NCBI GenBank assembly: GCA_001825665.1
Contig: MHXZ01000078.1
Coordinates: forward strand, 5,729-69,728
Length of the DNA: 64,000 nt
Direction: 5' to 3'
Source of the DNA: Planctomycetes bacterium GWF2_41_51
Lineage (GTDB): Bacteria; Planctomycetota; Phycisphaerae; Sedimentisphaerales; UBA12454
The position numbers were made by a program, and so were the translations under genes. The notes below the pieces were generated by a model that saw only the letters and a program-made list of their open reading frames with translations, made no database searches and was not told the DNA's origin. Each line of letters starts with the position of its first letter. Positions within the stretch are counted from its first letter, which is position 1. Of the stretch, positions 54,169 through 63,222 are shown piece after piece.

Positions 54169-55593
54169 TTAATATCTGTAATGCTCCGATTTAAACGGTC
54201 CTTCAGCCGGAATGCCGAGATATTTTGCCTGTTCAGCAGTCAGGGTGGAAAGACAAGCGTTCAGCCTTCCAAGGTGCAGTCTCGCTACTTCTTCGTCAAG
54301 TTTTTTCGGCAGCGTATAAACTCGTTTCTCAAGGCCGCCTTTTGCAAGCATTATCTGTGCAAGGCTCTGATTTGTGAAACTATTGCTCATTACAAAACTC
54401 GGATGTCCGGTTGCACAGCCAAGATTTACAAGCCTGCCTTCTGCCAGAATTATGATACTCTTGCCGGAAAGTAGGGTCCATTTGTCAACCTGCGGCTTGA
54501 TGTTCACTCTTTTGCATTTTGGATTTTTTTCAATGTATGACATTTGTATTTCATGATCGAAATGCCCAATATTGCAGACAATCGCCTCATCTTTCATTTT
54601 CTCCATATGTTCGCCGCGGATAACATTGCAACAGCCTGTTGCAGTTACGAATATATCGCCCTCTTCTACGACCTGTTCGAGCGTTTTAACTTCGTAACCT
54701 TCCATCGCAGCCTGTAATGCGCAAATCGGGTCAATCTCCGTAATGATTACACGTGCACCGAAGCCCCGCATCGATTGAGCACAGCCTTTGCCAACATCGC
54801 CGTATCCGCAGATGATAACACATTTGCCCGCTACCATAATGTCAGTCGCTCTTTTCAAGCCATCGGCAAGCGATTCCCGGCAGCCGTAAAGATTATCAAA
54901 TTTAGATTTTGTTACCGAATCATTGACGTTAATTGCCGGGAATAAAAGTGTCCCGTCATTTTGCATTTGATAAAGTCTGCCGACACCAGTTGTCGTTTCT
55001 TCCGATACACCTTTAATTGCAGCGGCCATCTTCGTCCAACGCTGCGGATTTTCCGCAACCGATGCTTTCAGACGACTCATAATAATCTGCATTTCATGAT
55101 TATCACTTGGCACATCCAAAAGTGATGGGTCTTTTTCAACCTTCACACCCTGATGGACAAACAGTGTCGCGTCTCCGCCATCATCAACGATTAAATCCGG
55201 CCCGCTGCCATCCGGCCAGATTAGTGCCTGTTCTGTACACCACCAATACTCATCCAGCGATTCACCTTTCCAGGCAAAAACCGCAGCAAGTTTTTCTTTC
55301 GCGATTGCGGCAGCGGCGTGGTCTTGAGTACTGAATATATTACACGATGCCCACCTGATTTTTGCGCCGAGTTCAACCAGCGTTTCAATCAGCATCGCAG
55401 TTTGAATTGTCATGTGGAGCGACCCGCTGATTTTCAAACCCTTCAGCGGCTTGTCTTTGCCATATTTAGCCCGAAGAGACATAAGCCCCGGCATTTCATT
55501 GCGGGCAAGGTTCAATTCTTTTCTGCCCCATTCGGCAAGCGATATATCAGCTACTTTGTACGGTAAAGACGCATCATATTTCATAATACCCAT
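54169..55593 (-). CDS. ahcY: adenosylhomocysteinase
   Basis: [16 protein letters not shown]-terminus and NAD motif [10 protein letters not shown]. Start chosen at ATG 55593 (GGAG 6 nt upstream); the track starts at 55605. Confidence 0.95.
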   Translation of the reverse strand: MGIMKYDASLPYKVADISLAEWGRKELNLARNEMPGLMSLRAKYGKDKPLKGLKISGSLHMTIQTAMLIETLVELGAKIRWASCNIFSTQDHAAAAIAKEKLAAVFAWKGESLDEYWWCTEQALIWPDGSGPDLIVDDGGDATLFVHQGVKVEKDPSLLDVPSDNHEMQIIMSRLKASVAENPQRWTKMAAAIKGVSEETTTGVGRLYQMQNDGTLLFPAINVNDSVTKSKFDNLYGCRESLADGLKRATDIMVAGKCVIICGYGDVGKGCAQSMRGFGARVIITEIDPICALQAAMEGYEVKTLEQVVEEGDIFVTATGCCNVIRGEHMEKMKDEAIVCNIGHFDHEIQMSYIEKNPKCKRVNIKPQVDKWTLLSGKSIIILAEGRLVNLGCATGHPSFVMSNSFTNQSLAQIMLAKGGLEKRVYTLPKKLDEEVARLHLGRLNACLSTLTAEQAKYLGIPAEGPFKSEHYRY

Positions 55594-55678
55594 TTTTTGC
55601 TCCATTTCGTTAAATTTACGGATAATATAAGTAATAATCCCTTGTTTCGCAAGTAAACAAAAAAATTAACATACCCCC

Positions 55679-55707
55679 TTGACAAATATGCAATGTTTTG
55701 GTATTAT
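55679..55707 (+). promoter_or_regulatory. near-consensus sigma70 promoter for the trp leader/operon
   Basis: TTGACA (55679-55684), 17-nt spacer, TATTAT (55702-55707). Confidence 0.6.
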
Positions 55708-55718
55708 ATTTAAAGATT

Positions 55719-55778
55719 ATGGCACTAAAACATAAAAATTATTCGTTTGGTTGGTGGCGACTCGTCGAAAATAGCTGA
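55719..55778 (+). CDS. trpL: candidate trp leader peptide, 19 aa: MALKHKNYSFGWWRLVENS
   Basis: ATG 55719, tandem TGG TGG at 55752-55757, TGA at 55776-55778. A terminator follows and trpE lies downstream. Confidence 0.6.
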   Translation: MALKHKNYSFGWWRLVENS

Positions 55779-55830
55779 TGAGCGGTGAGCATAGTCTAAA
55801 TATACAGACATTTTAATACAGAAAAGATTC

Positions 55831-55864
55831 ACGGCTTGTTGGCGACAACAAGCCGTTTTTTTTT
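55831..55864 (+). terminator. intrinsic terminator (attenuator) in the trp leader
   Basis: Perfect 11-bp stem ACGGCTTGTTG / CAACAAGCCGT with a GCGA loop, followed by 8 T. Confidence 0.8.
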
Positions 55865-55951
55865 GTATCCCGTTAGACCTGTTTTGACATGGGAATACAA
55901 AAATATATTCATGGTCTTGCTTAAGATGCAGGGCAGGTCTAACGGGATGTA
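55864..55951 (+). repeat. long inverted repeat (15 perfect bp, about 19 with G-U pairs) with a 52-nt loop, between attenuator and trpE
   Basis: ATCCCGTTAGACCTG (55867-55881) pairs with CAGGTCTAACGGGAT (55934-55948). An inner stem GACATGGG / TTCATGGTC is possible. Confidence 0.6.
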
Positions 55952-55981
55952 TATATTTAAACCTTAATGCGAGAGACAAAA

Positions 55982-57586
55982 ATGAGAGAATTAAATAACA
56001 GGATTGACCAGGCGAAAACAGGACAAATTATCCCGCTGGTCAAAGAAATTGAAGTGGCCGAGCCGGTTGACTTTTTCGCCAAACTAAGCGATTACGGCAG
56101 AAAAAAACATTGCTGCCTGCTCGAATCCAAAGACCATCTTGCCGGCAAAGACGAAGGTGAATTGACCTTTGGAACCGCAAATCCCGCCCTTTACCTTTCC
56201 GGTCAAGGCAGGGATTTTAAGATTATAGCGCTCAGTCCCGTAGGCAGGAGAATGATTAGATATTTTGATACTTCCGCAAGAGAGCGTTTTACTTTCTGTA
56301 AAGAAATAAAATTCGACTCTGACCGAATCACCGGCACTCTAAGTCTCGACCACGGCATCATCGATGAACAGTCCCGCCTGAAATCAATAAACCAGATGGA
56401 TGTTATTCGTGCAGTCAATTTCGCTTTCGAACTTTCCGGCAAACCTTTCCGCGTAACCTGTGGTATGCTCGGCGCATTGAGTTATGATTTTATCGACCAA
56501 TTCGAAAACCTGCCCCCGAACAAATCCAGCCTGATTGATGTACCGGATTACGAACTTTATTTTGCCGATAATATTTTCCTGATGGATCATAAAACCGGCA
56601 AATCTTACATCATTGTCAATGTAATAGTAACAGACGATAACAAAAACGAGATTATGACCGATGCGGAAAATTGTTTTAACACATACTTCAACGCGTTGAA
56701 AACCGAAATGCCCAAACCGGAAAAATATACCGGTACACTGCCGCAGCCCGGCACCGATACTCCGCAAGCTGAATATGAACAAATTGTCGAGACCGCAAAA
56801 AAACATATCGTTGATGGCGACATCTTTCAGGTTGTTCCAAGCAGAACGATAATCGAACCCTGCCCGGATGAACCGCTCGATGTCTATAAAAGACTTCGTA
56901 AACTAAATCCCTCGCCGTATATGTTTTATATCAATACGCCAAATACAGTTTTAACTGGCGCAAGTCCCGAATTGAATCTTCGCGTAAGCGGAACTCAAAA
57001 TCGCCAGGTCGAGATTCGCCCGATTGCAGGAACAAAACCACGCGGCAAAATCGATGGTAAACTTGACCCCGATACAGATTTCAGATACGAAGCGGAATTG
57101 AAACTTGACCGCAAGGAACTTGCCGAGCACATGATGCTCGTTGACCTTGCCCGCAACGATATCGCGCGAGTCGCCAAAAAAGGAACACGCATTGTAAATG
57201 AATTGCTCATCGTTGAAAAATACGAATCGGTTATGCATCTTGTCAGTAATGTAAAAGGAACGCTCGATGATAAACTCGATGCTCTAATTGCGTATCTTGC
57301 GACAATGAATATGGGCACGCTCACAGGCGCGCCGAAAATCGAGGCGATGAAGATCATTCGAAAGCTCGAAAAAAACAAGCGAGGCTATTACGGCGGCGCA
57401 GTTATGTACCTGACAGTTGACGGCCAGTTCGATAGTTGTATAACTATACGTTCATTGCAGATAAAAGACCATACCGCTTATATCAGGGCAGGCGGCGGCG
57501 TTGTTTACGACAGTGTGCCGAAAACCGAATTTGAGGAAACACAGCATAAAGCAAATTCCTGCCTGCGGGCAGTGAGAGGTAATTAA
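55982..57586 (+). CDS. trpE: anthranilate synthase component I
   Basis: Chorismate-binding motifs (LESKD.., GAPK, RGYYGG). ATG 55982 is preferred because of its GAGAGA ribosome-binding site; the track starts at 55967. Confidence 0.93.
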   Translation: MRELNNRIDQAKTGQIIPLVKEIEVAEPVDFFAKLSDYGRKKHCCLLESKDHLAGKDEGELTFGTANPALYLSGQGRDFKIIALSPVGRRMIRYFDTSARERFTFCKEIKFDSDRITGTLSLDHGIIDEQSRLKSINQMDVIRAVNFAFELSGKPFRVTCGMLGALSYDFIDQFENLPPNKSSLIDVPDYELYFADNIFLMDHKTGKSYIIVNVIVTDDNKNEIMTDAENCFNTYFNALKTEMPKPEKYTGTLPQPGTDTPQAEYEQIVETAKKHIVDGDIFQVVPSRTIIEPCPDEPLDVYKRLRKLNPSPYMFYINTPNTVLTGASPELNLRVSGTQNRQVEIRPIAGTKPRGKIDGKLDPDTDFRYEAELKLDRKELAEHMMLVDLARNDIARVAKKGTRIVNELLIVEKYESVMHLVSNVKGTLDDKLDALIAYLATMNMGTLTGAPKIEAMKIIRKLEKNKRGYYGGAVMYLTVDGQFDSCITIRSLQIKDHTAYIRAGGGVVYDSVPKTEFEETQHKANSCLRAVRGN

Positions 57587-57588
57587 TT

Positions 57589-58197
57589 ATGAATACAAAT
57601 AACCCTAAAGTCCTGTTCATAGATAATTTCGATTCCTTTACATACAACCTTGTCGATGATTTCTGTAAAAGAGACTGCATCGCAAAAGTCTATCGCGCAG
57701 ATACACCGCTTGAAACGCTGAAAAAAATCGAACAGGAATTCCAGCCCGACCTGCTCATCATTTCACCCGGGCCGGGTAATCCATCCAGCGCAGGCGTAAC
57801 CCTTGAAGCAATCGGATATTTTAAAGACCGGCTCCCGATTTTCGGAGTTTGTCTCGGCCATCAGGCAATAGTCGAACATTTCGGCGGAGTCGTCGGCCAC
57901 GCTCCGAAAGTTATGCACGGCAAATCATCGAAAGTTACACACAACGAAAAAGGCATCTTCGAAAATGTGGAAAATCCATTACAGGCGGGTCGATACCATA
58001 GTCTCTGTGCCGTTAAAATGCCCGACTGCCTCGAAGTTACAGCTAAATATGAAGATATCGTGATGGGACTCGAGCACAAAGAAAAACCAATTTACGGCGT
58101 TCAGTTCCACCCGGAAAGTATCCTCACACCATCAGGCGGAAAAATCATACAAAATATTTTAAATATTTCTTTAAAGACAAGGAGAGTTGCATTATGA
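57589..58197 (+). CDS. trpG: anthranilate synthase component II (glutamine amidotransferase)
   Basis: GPGNP, GVCLGHQ and HPES triad motifs. Confidence 0.94.
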   Translation: MNTNNPKVLFIDNFDSFTYNLVDDFCKRDCIAKVYRADTPLETLKKIEQEFQPDLLIISPGPGNPSSAGVTLEAIGYFKDRLPIFGVCLGHQAIVEHFGGVVGHAPKVMHGKSSKVTHNEKGIFENVENPLQAGRYHSLCAVKMPDCLEVTAKYEDIVMGLEHKEKPIYGVQFHPESILTPSGGKIIQNILNISLKTRRVAL

Positions 58198-59216
58198 CAA
58201 AAATTACACAATATCTTGAAATACTTCTTGAAGGCGGAGATTTAAAGTACGGCCAGGCAAAAGATTTGCTGGATACCATTTTCAAAGGCGAAGTCGCCGA
58301 AGTTCAAATCGCCGCGTTCCTTGCCGCTATGCGAATGAAAAAAGCTACTGCAAACGAATTTGCCGGTCTGGCGCAATCGCTGCGAAACCACGCCGTAAAA
58401 GTAACCACCAAGATACCATTTATGATAGACACCTGCGGAACAGGCGGCGCACCGCTCAAGACTTTCAATGTTTCAACAGCCGCAGCTTTCGTTGCAGCGG
58501 GAGCCGGAGCATACATCGCCAAACACGGCAACCGCGGCATTACGAGCAAATCAGGCTCTGCCGACGTACTTGAAGCAATGGGCGTAAAAATCGATTGCCC
58601 GCCGGATGTTGTCGCCGAATGTATCGAAAATGCGCACATCGGTTTTATGTACGCTCCAATGCATCATCCCGCGATGAAATTTGTTCAGCCGATAAGAAAA
58701 AGCCTCGATTTCAGAACAGCTTTTAACATTTTAGGCCCACTCGCAAATCCCGCAGGCGCACAGGCGCAGGTTATGGGTGTGCCGGAAGAATCGCTTTTGG
58801 AGAGAATCGCTGATACTTTTGATATTCTCGGCGTTAAACGGGCAATGATTGTGCACGGCAGCGGCCTTGATGAAATCAGCATTACATCTCCTACGAAAGT
58901 GGTAGAAATAAAAGACAGGAAAAAAATATCTTACAAAATTATACCAGATGAATTCGGTATTCAGTCGCCAAAAATGGCCGAACTTGCAGGCAGTAACGCC
59001 GACTATAATGCAGGCCTGATAAAAGATGTTCTTTACAAAAAAAATAAAGGACCCGCCAGAGATATGGTGCTTTTAAACGCCGCAGCCGCTATAATGGTTG
59101 CAGACCTCGCCGCCGATTTGCATCAGGGTTTTAAAAAAGGTGCAGATGCAATCGACTCCGGAGCGGCGGCACAGTGTCTCGAAAAATTGATTGAAATTTC
59201 GAATGGAAAAAAATAA
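58194..59216 (+). CDS. trpD: anthranilate phosphoribosyltransferase
   Basis: DTCGTGG and KHGNRG motifs. ATGA overlap with trpG. Confidence 0.94.
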   Translation: MTKITQYLEILLEGGDLKYGQAKDLLDTIFKGEVAEVQIAAFLAAMRMKKATANEFAGLAQSLRNHAVKVTTKIPFMIDTCGTGGAPLKTFNVSTAAAFVAAGAGAYIAKHGNRGITSKSGSADVLEAMGVKIDCPPDVVAECIENAHIGFMYAPMHHPAMKFVQPIRKSLDFRTAFNILGPLANPAGAQAQVMGVPEESLLERIADTFDILGVKRAMIVHGSGLDEISITSPTKVVEIKDRKKISYKIIPDEFGIQSPKMAELAGSNADYNAGLIKDVLYKKNKGPARDMVLLNAAAAIMVADLAADLHQGFKKGADAIDSGAAAQCLEKLIEISNGKK

Positions 59217-59866
59217 TGATGGTTCCAAAAGTTAAAATTTGCGGTATTACAAACTCCGAGGACGCGATGGCAGCCGTTCAGCTCGGCGCGGATTTACTCG
59301 GATTTAATTTCTATCCCAAAAGTCCGCGTTATATCGACCCTTTAAAAGCGGAAAAAATCATCAGAAAACTTCCAGCGTATGTCGATATTGTCGGGCTGTT
59401 CATAAACGAAGACACGGATTTCATCCGCAAGACTGCAACTCACTTAATGCTCAATTGGGTTCAGCTTCACGGCGACGAAAGTCCTGGCTTCTGCGCATCG
59501 CTCGACAATATGTCCGCAAAAATCATCAAAGCCATTCGCATAAAAGACGGCAAAGATATCGAATACGCCCGCAATTTCGCAACCGATGCTCTTTTACTCG
59601 ATGCATATCATCCTGCATTTTACGGAGGTACAGGCGAAAGGTTTGATTGGAAATTACTGCCGCAGCTCACAGGGCATAAATTCGGAAGAACTTTCCTTGC
59701 AGGCGGAATCACAAGCCAAAATATTTCCGAGGCAATCAGCCAGGGTTTTTACGGAATTGATATTTGCAGCGGCATTGAAAGTACTCCCGGCAAAAAAGAT
59801 CATAAAAAAATGTCAGAGCTTTTCGGCAAAATGAAATCCGTCATTACAGGCAAAGGTGCACAATGA
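59216..59866 (+). CDS. trpF: phosphoribosylanthranilate isomerase (monofunctional)
   Basis: KICGIT N-terminus and LAGGI near the C-terminus; 216 aa, with no fused TrpC domain. Confidence 0.9.
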   Translation: MMVPKVKICGITNSEDAMAAVQLGADLLGFNFYPKSPRYIDPLKAEKIIRKLPAYVDIVGLFINEDTDFIRKTATHLMLNWVQLHGDESPGFCASLDNMSAKIIKAIRIKDGKDIEYARNFATDALLLDAYHPAFYGGTGERFDWKLLPQLTGHKFGRTFLAGGITSQNISEAISQGFYGIDICSGIESTPGKKDHKKMSELFGKMKSVITGKGAQ

Positions 59867-59874
59867 CAAATATT

Positions 59875-59922
59875 TTCTCTGTGTTCTCTGTGGCTAAAAA
59901 TAAAACTAACTCTGTGGCAAAG
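59875..59922 (+). repeat. tandem 9-nt repeat, locus C: TTCTCTGTG TTCTCTGTG GCTAAAAAT ... CTCTGTGGCAAA
   Basis: Read directly in the 64-nt trpF-trpB spacer. Same NNNTCWGYG + A-run architecture as loci A and B. Confidence 0.6.
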
Positions 59923-59930
59923 GTGGTTGA

Positions 59931-61100
59931 ATGAAAAACAGCGGACGTTTTGGACAATTCGGCGGTTTTTATGTTCCCGAAGTTTTAATTCCTGCATTGG
60001 AGGAAATGGAAAACGCCTTTTACAAATTTTACAAAGATGAAAAATTCACCTCCGAACTCGACGTGCTCTACAAAGATTATGCAGGCAGACCGACACCATT
60101 ATATTATGCTACCCGCTTCAGCGAACTTGTCGGTTTCAAAGTTTACATCAAACGCGAAGACCTGCTTCACGGCGGCGCTCACAAAGTAAATAATTGTCTC
60201 GGCCAGGGACTTCTCGCAAAATATATGGGCAAGACGAAACTGATTGCCGAAACGGGCGCCGGCCAGCATGGTCTTGCAACTTCGATGATTGGCGCTCTGT
60301 TCGGAATGCAGACAAAAATTTTTATGGGTGCAATCGACGTTGACCGCCAAAGCGTAAACGTCCATAAGATGCGTCTCTGCGGCGCAGAAGTCATCTCCGT
60401 CAAAGGCGGAACAGAAACTTTAAAAGACGCAATCAATGAAGCGCTTCGCTATTGGACCGCAAACGTTGCCGATACATTTTACTTGTTCGGAACCGCCTGC
60501 GGCCCGCATCCCTATCCGGTCATCGTCAAACATTTTCAATCATGCATCGGAATTGAAGCCCGCAGACAGTGCCTCGAAAAAATCGGAAAACTGCCCGACA
60601 TCGTTACCGCTTGCGTCGGCGGCGGCAGCAATGCAATTGGAATCTTCAGCGCATTTGTCCAAGATAAAAACGTAAAACTTGTCGGCGTCGAACCGGCCGG
60701 AAAAGGAATCGAAACAGGAAAACACGCCGCTCCATTAAACGCCGGAAAAGTCGGCATTCTGCACGGAACCAAAATGTATTTGATGCAGAACAAAGAAGGT
60801 CAGATACTCGATACTGAATCTATTTCAGCAGGACTTGATTATCCCGGCGTCGGCCCCGAACACTGCTATCTTAAAGATATAAACAGAGCGCAATATGTCG
60901 CCGTAAAAGATGAAGATGTTTTGAATATTTTCGACATCTTTACAAAATGCGAAGGCATTCTGCCTGCACTGGAAAGTTCGCATTCACTCGCATGGGTTTA
61001 CAGTCAGAAAGGCAAACTCCCCGTCGACACGACAGTTGTCGTAAATCTTTCCGGCCGAGGCGACAAAGACGTTGACATAGTTGAAAGGAACAGCAAGTGA
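59931..61100 (+). CDS. trpB: tryptophan synthase beta chain
   Basis: HGGAHKVNN (PLP lysine) and GGGSNAIG motifs. Confidence 0.96.
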   Translation: MKNSGRFGQFGGFYVPEVLIPALEEMENAFYKFYKDEKFTSELDVLYKDYAGRPTPLYYATRFSELVGFKVYIKREDLLHGGAHKVNNCLGQGLLAKYMGKTKLIAETGAGQHGLATSMIGALFGMQTKIFMGAIDVDRQSVNVHKMRLCGAEVISVKGGTETLKDAINEALRYWTANVADTFYLFGTACGPHPYPVIVKHFQSCIGIEARRQCLEKIGKLPDIVTACVGGGSNAIGIFSAFVQDKNVKLVGVEPAGKGIETGKHAAPLNAGKVGILHGTKMYLMQNKEGQILDTESISAGLDYPGVGPEHCYLKDINRAQYVAVKDEDVLNIFDIFTKCEGILPALESSHSLAWVYSQKGKLPVDTTVVVNLSGRGDKDVDIVERNSK

Positions 61101-61888
61101 GGACGTATAAAGAAACTTTCGCGCAGCTAAATCATCCCGCATTGATACCGTTTTTTGTTATCGGCGACCCTGATTTTGATACGAGTCTTGAAATTGTAAA
61201 AGCTGCGATTGATGGCGGCGCAGATATTCTCGAACTTGGCATCGCGTTTTCAGACCCGATTGCCGACGGCCCCACAATCCAAAAAGCTGACATTCGCGCA
61301 CTAAATGCAGGCATAACCGTCGAAAAAGCAAAAGATTTCATCGCGAAAGTCAAAGCGTATAAAGATATTCCTATCGGCTTGCTGATGTACTACAATTTGA
61401 TTTTCCAATACGGCGCAGAAAAATTTTTCGCCGATTTCGCAAAAGCCGGCACAAACAGTGTTCTCATCGCGGATTTGAGCATTGATGATGTCGATGAAAT
61501 TTACACCCCCGCTCGCAAAGCAGGCCTCGATACCGTTTTTATGGTAACTCCAAACACCGAAACAGAGCGCGCGAAAAAAATCGCAGAAAAATGCACAGGT
61601 TTTATTTACACCGTTTCGCTGCTTGGCGTAACCGGCGGCCGAGATACTCTTTCTGATATGATTAAACCGTTAATAAGCAAATTAAAATCTATTACTGATG
61701 TTCCGGTTTGCGTAGGCTTCGGCGTAAGTAAACCCGAGCACGCAGTAGAATTGGCAAAAGCCGGCGCCGACGGCGTCATCATCGGCTCAAGAATTGTAAA
61801 AATTATCGAAGATAATCTTAACAATAAAGTCCTTATCGCAAAAGAAGTTACAAAATTCATCAAGGAATTCAAGACTGCTTTATCATAA
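61097..61888 (+). CDS. trpA: tryptophan synthase alpha chain
   Basis: [14 protein letters not shown] and GFGVS motifs. GTG start overlaps the trpB stop (GTGA). Confidence 0.93.
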   Translation: MRTYKETFAQLNHPALIPFFVIGDPDFDTSLEIVKAAIDGGADILELGIAFSDPIADGPTIQKADIRALNAGITVEKAKDFIAKVKAYKDIPIGLLMYYNLIFQYGAEKFFADFAKAGTNSVLIADLSIDDVDEIYTPARKAGLDTVFMVTPNTETERAKKIAEKCTGFIYTVSLLGVTGGRDTLSDMIKPLISKLKSITDVPVCVGFGVSKPEHAVELAKAGADGVIIGSRIVKIIEDNLNNKVLIAKEVTKFIKEFKTALS

Positions 61889-61894
61889 TTTTTC

Positions 61895-61924
61895 TTGAAC
61901 CATCTGAATTGCCGGCCGTATAAT
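61895..61924 (+). promoter_or_regulatory. candidate sigma70 promoter for the downstream membrane protein gene
   Basis: TTGAAC, 18-nt spacer, TATAAT. AAGGAG ribosome-binding site before ATG 61966. Confidence 0.5.
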
Positions 61925-61965
61925 TAGCATTAATGGATTATTCCTTCTAAAATAAGGAGATTAAT

Positions 61966-63171
61966 ATGTCTAAACGTATTGCGGCAATCACGTTCATTTT
62001 TATCTGCACCTCTATCGGATGGGCGATTCTTTCAATCACTGTTTTAGCAAGAACTGAAACGCAGGATTCCAAGTTACGCGATTCAGTAAGTAAACTCTGG
62101 GGTTCACGGCATTTTCAGACCGCCCCGAGCCTTTCCGCAAAACATCCAATAACAACAGACAAAACCGTAGAAAAATTGCCTCTTGAGGCGAGTGATATTA
62201 ATGTTGCGTTTTCTCTTGAACATCGCAAGAAAGGCCTTTTATGGTATTCTACATATCACGTTAAATTTTCAGGTAAATATCTAATCGCGAACAATTCAGA
62301 CCAGGCAGCCACTTTATACTTTGACTTTCCCCTTCCTGCTGAAAGCGCTGTTTACGATAATTTCAGATTTTCTATCGCAGGTGCCGAACTCAAGGAAATC
62401 GCATTCAATAGTAATCGTCTTATAAAAGATATTCGTCTTGAACCGCATCAAACAAAGGAAATAGAAGTATCTTATGATTCTCAGGGTCTTGAAAAATGGT
62501 ATTATAATTTTGGCTATAATGTTAGCCAGGTAAATAATTTCTCACTTGTCCTTAATACCGATTTCAAAGACATAGATTTTCCCGACGATTCAATGGCTCC
62601 GGGAACAAAACAACGCACTGTTGACGGTTGGAAACTGGTATGGAAGTATGACAAAATGCTCACTGATGTTAAGCTCGGTCTGACAATGCCTGAAAAATTA
62701 AATCCCGGCCCATGGGTAACGAAAGTTACTGCCGCCGCTCCTATTTCCCTTTTCTTGTATTTCTTTATTCTGTTTGTACTAACCACGGTCAAAAAAATAA
62801 AAATACATCCCATGAATTATTTCTTTATTGGCGCCGCCTTTTTCAGCTTTCATCTTTTGCTGTCTTACCTGATTGACCATATATCTGTTCATTGGGCTTT
62901 TTGGATAAGCTCTGCTGTTTCTGTGTTTCTTGTGATTTCGTATATGAGGCTTGTTGTCGGTTTGAAATTTGCTTTTGTGGAAATTGCCCTGACCCAGCTT
63001 ATTTATCTTATATTCTTCTCTTATACCTTTTTCTTCAAAGGCTATACAGGCCTTACTATAACAATCCTGTGCATTGGTACTTTATTTATTGTTATGCAGT
63101 TTACAGGTAAAGTTGATTGGGAAAAACTTTTCCAAAAACAGCCTCCGCCTCTGCCGCAGCAGGAAAAATAA
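61966..63171 (+). CDS. inner-membrane protein with CreD-like topology
   Basis: N-terminal TM helix, a periplasmic domain of about 230 aa starting ..SVSKLWGS.., then 4-5 C-terminal TM helices. The family assignment is tentative. Confidence 0.45.
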   Translation: MSKRIAAITFIFICTSIGWAILSITVLARTETQDSKLRDSVSKLWGSRHFQTAPSLSAKHPITTDKTVEKLPLEASDINVAFSLEHRKKGLLWYSTYHVKFSGKYLIANNSDQAATLYFDFPLPAESAVYDNFRFSIAGAELKEIAFNSNRLIKDIRLEPHQTKEIEVSYDSQGLEKWYYNFGYNVSQVNNFSLVLNTDFKDIDFPDDSMAPGTKQRTVDGWKLVWKYDKMLTDVKLGLTMPEKLNPGPWVTKVTAAAPISLFLYFFILFVLTTVKKIKIHPMNYFFIGAAFFSFHLLLSYLIDHISVHWAFWISSAVSVFLVISYMRLVVGLKFAFVEIALTQLIYLIFFSYTFFFKGYTGLTITILCIGTLFIVMQFTGKVDWEKLFQKQPPPLPQQEK

Positions 63172-63222
63172 AATAATTCGGCGCAGCCGTTCCGCAATTT
63201 TGCATTTTAATTTTGATTTTCG

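Noticed and set aside
55594-55678. SAH riboswitch upstream of ahcY; T-box or TRAP site upstream of trpE
   Set aside because: The ahcY leader is short and AT-rich, with no GC-rich pseudoknot-like SAH element. The trp leader has no specifier or T-box sequence (AGGGUGGUACCGCG-like) and no (G/U)AG triplet array. A peptide-based attenuator fits better.
55725-55979. 84-aa minus-strand ORF
   Set aside because: It overlaps the trp leader, terminator and hairpin region and has no ribosome-binding site. The plus-strand regulatory features explain the sequence better.
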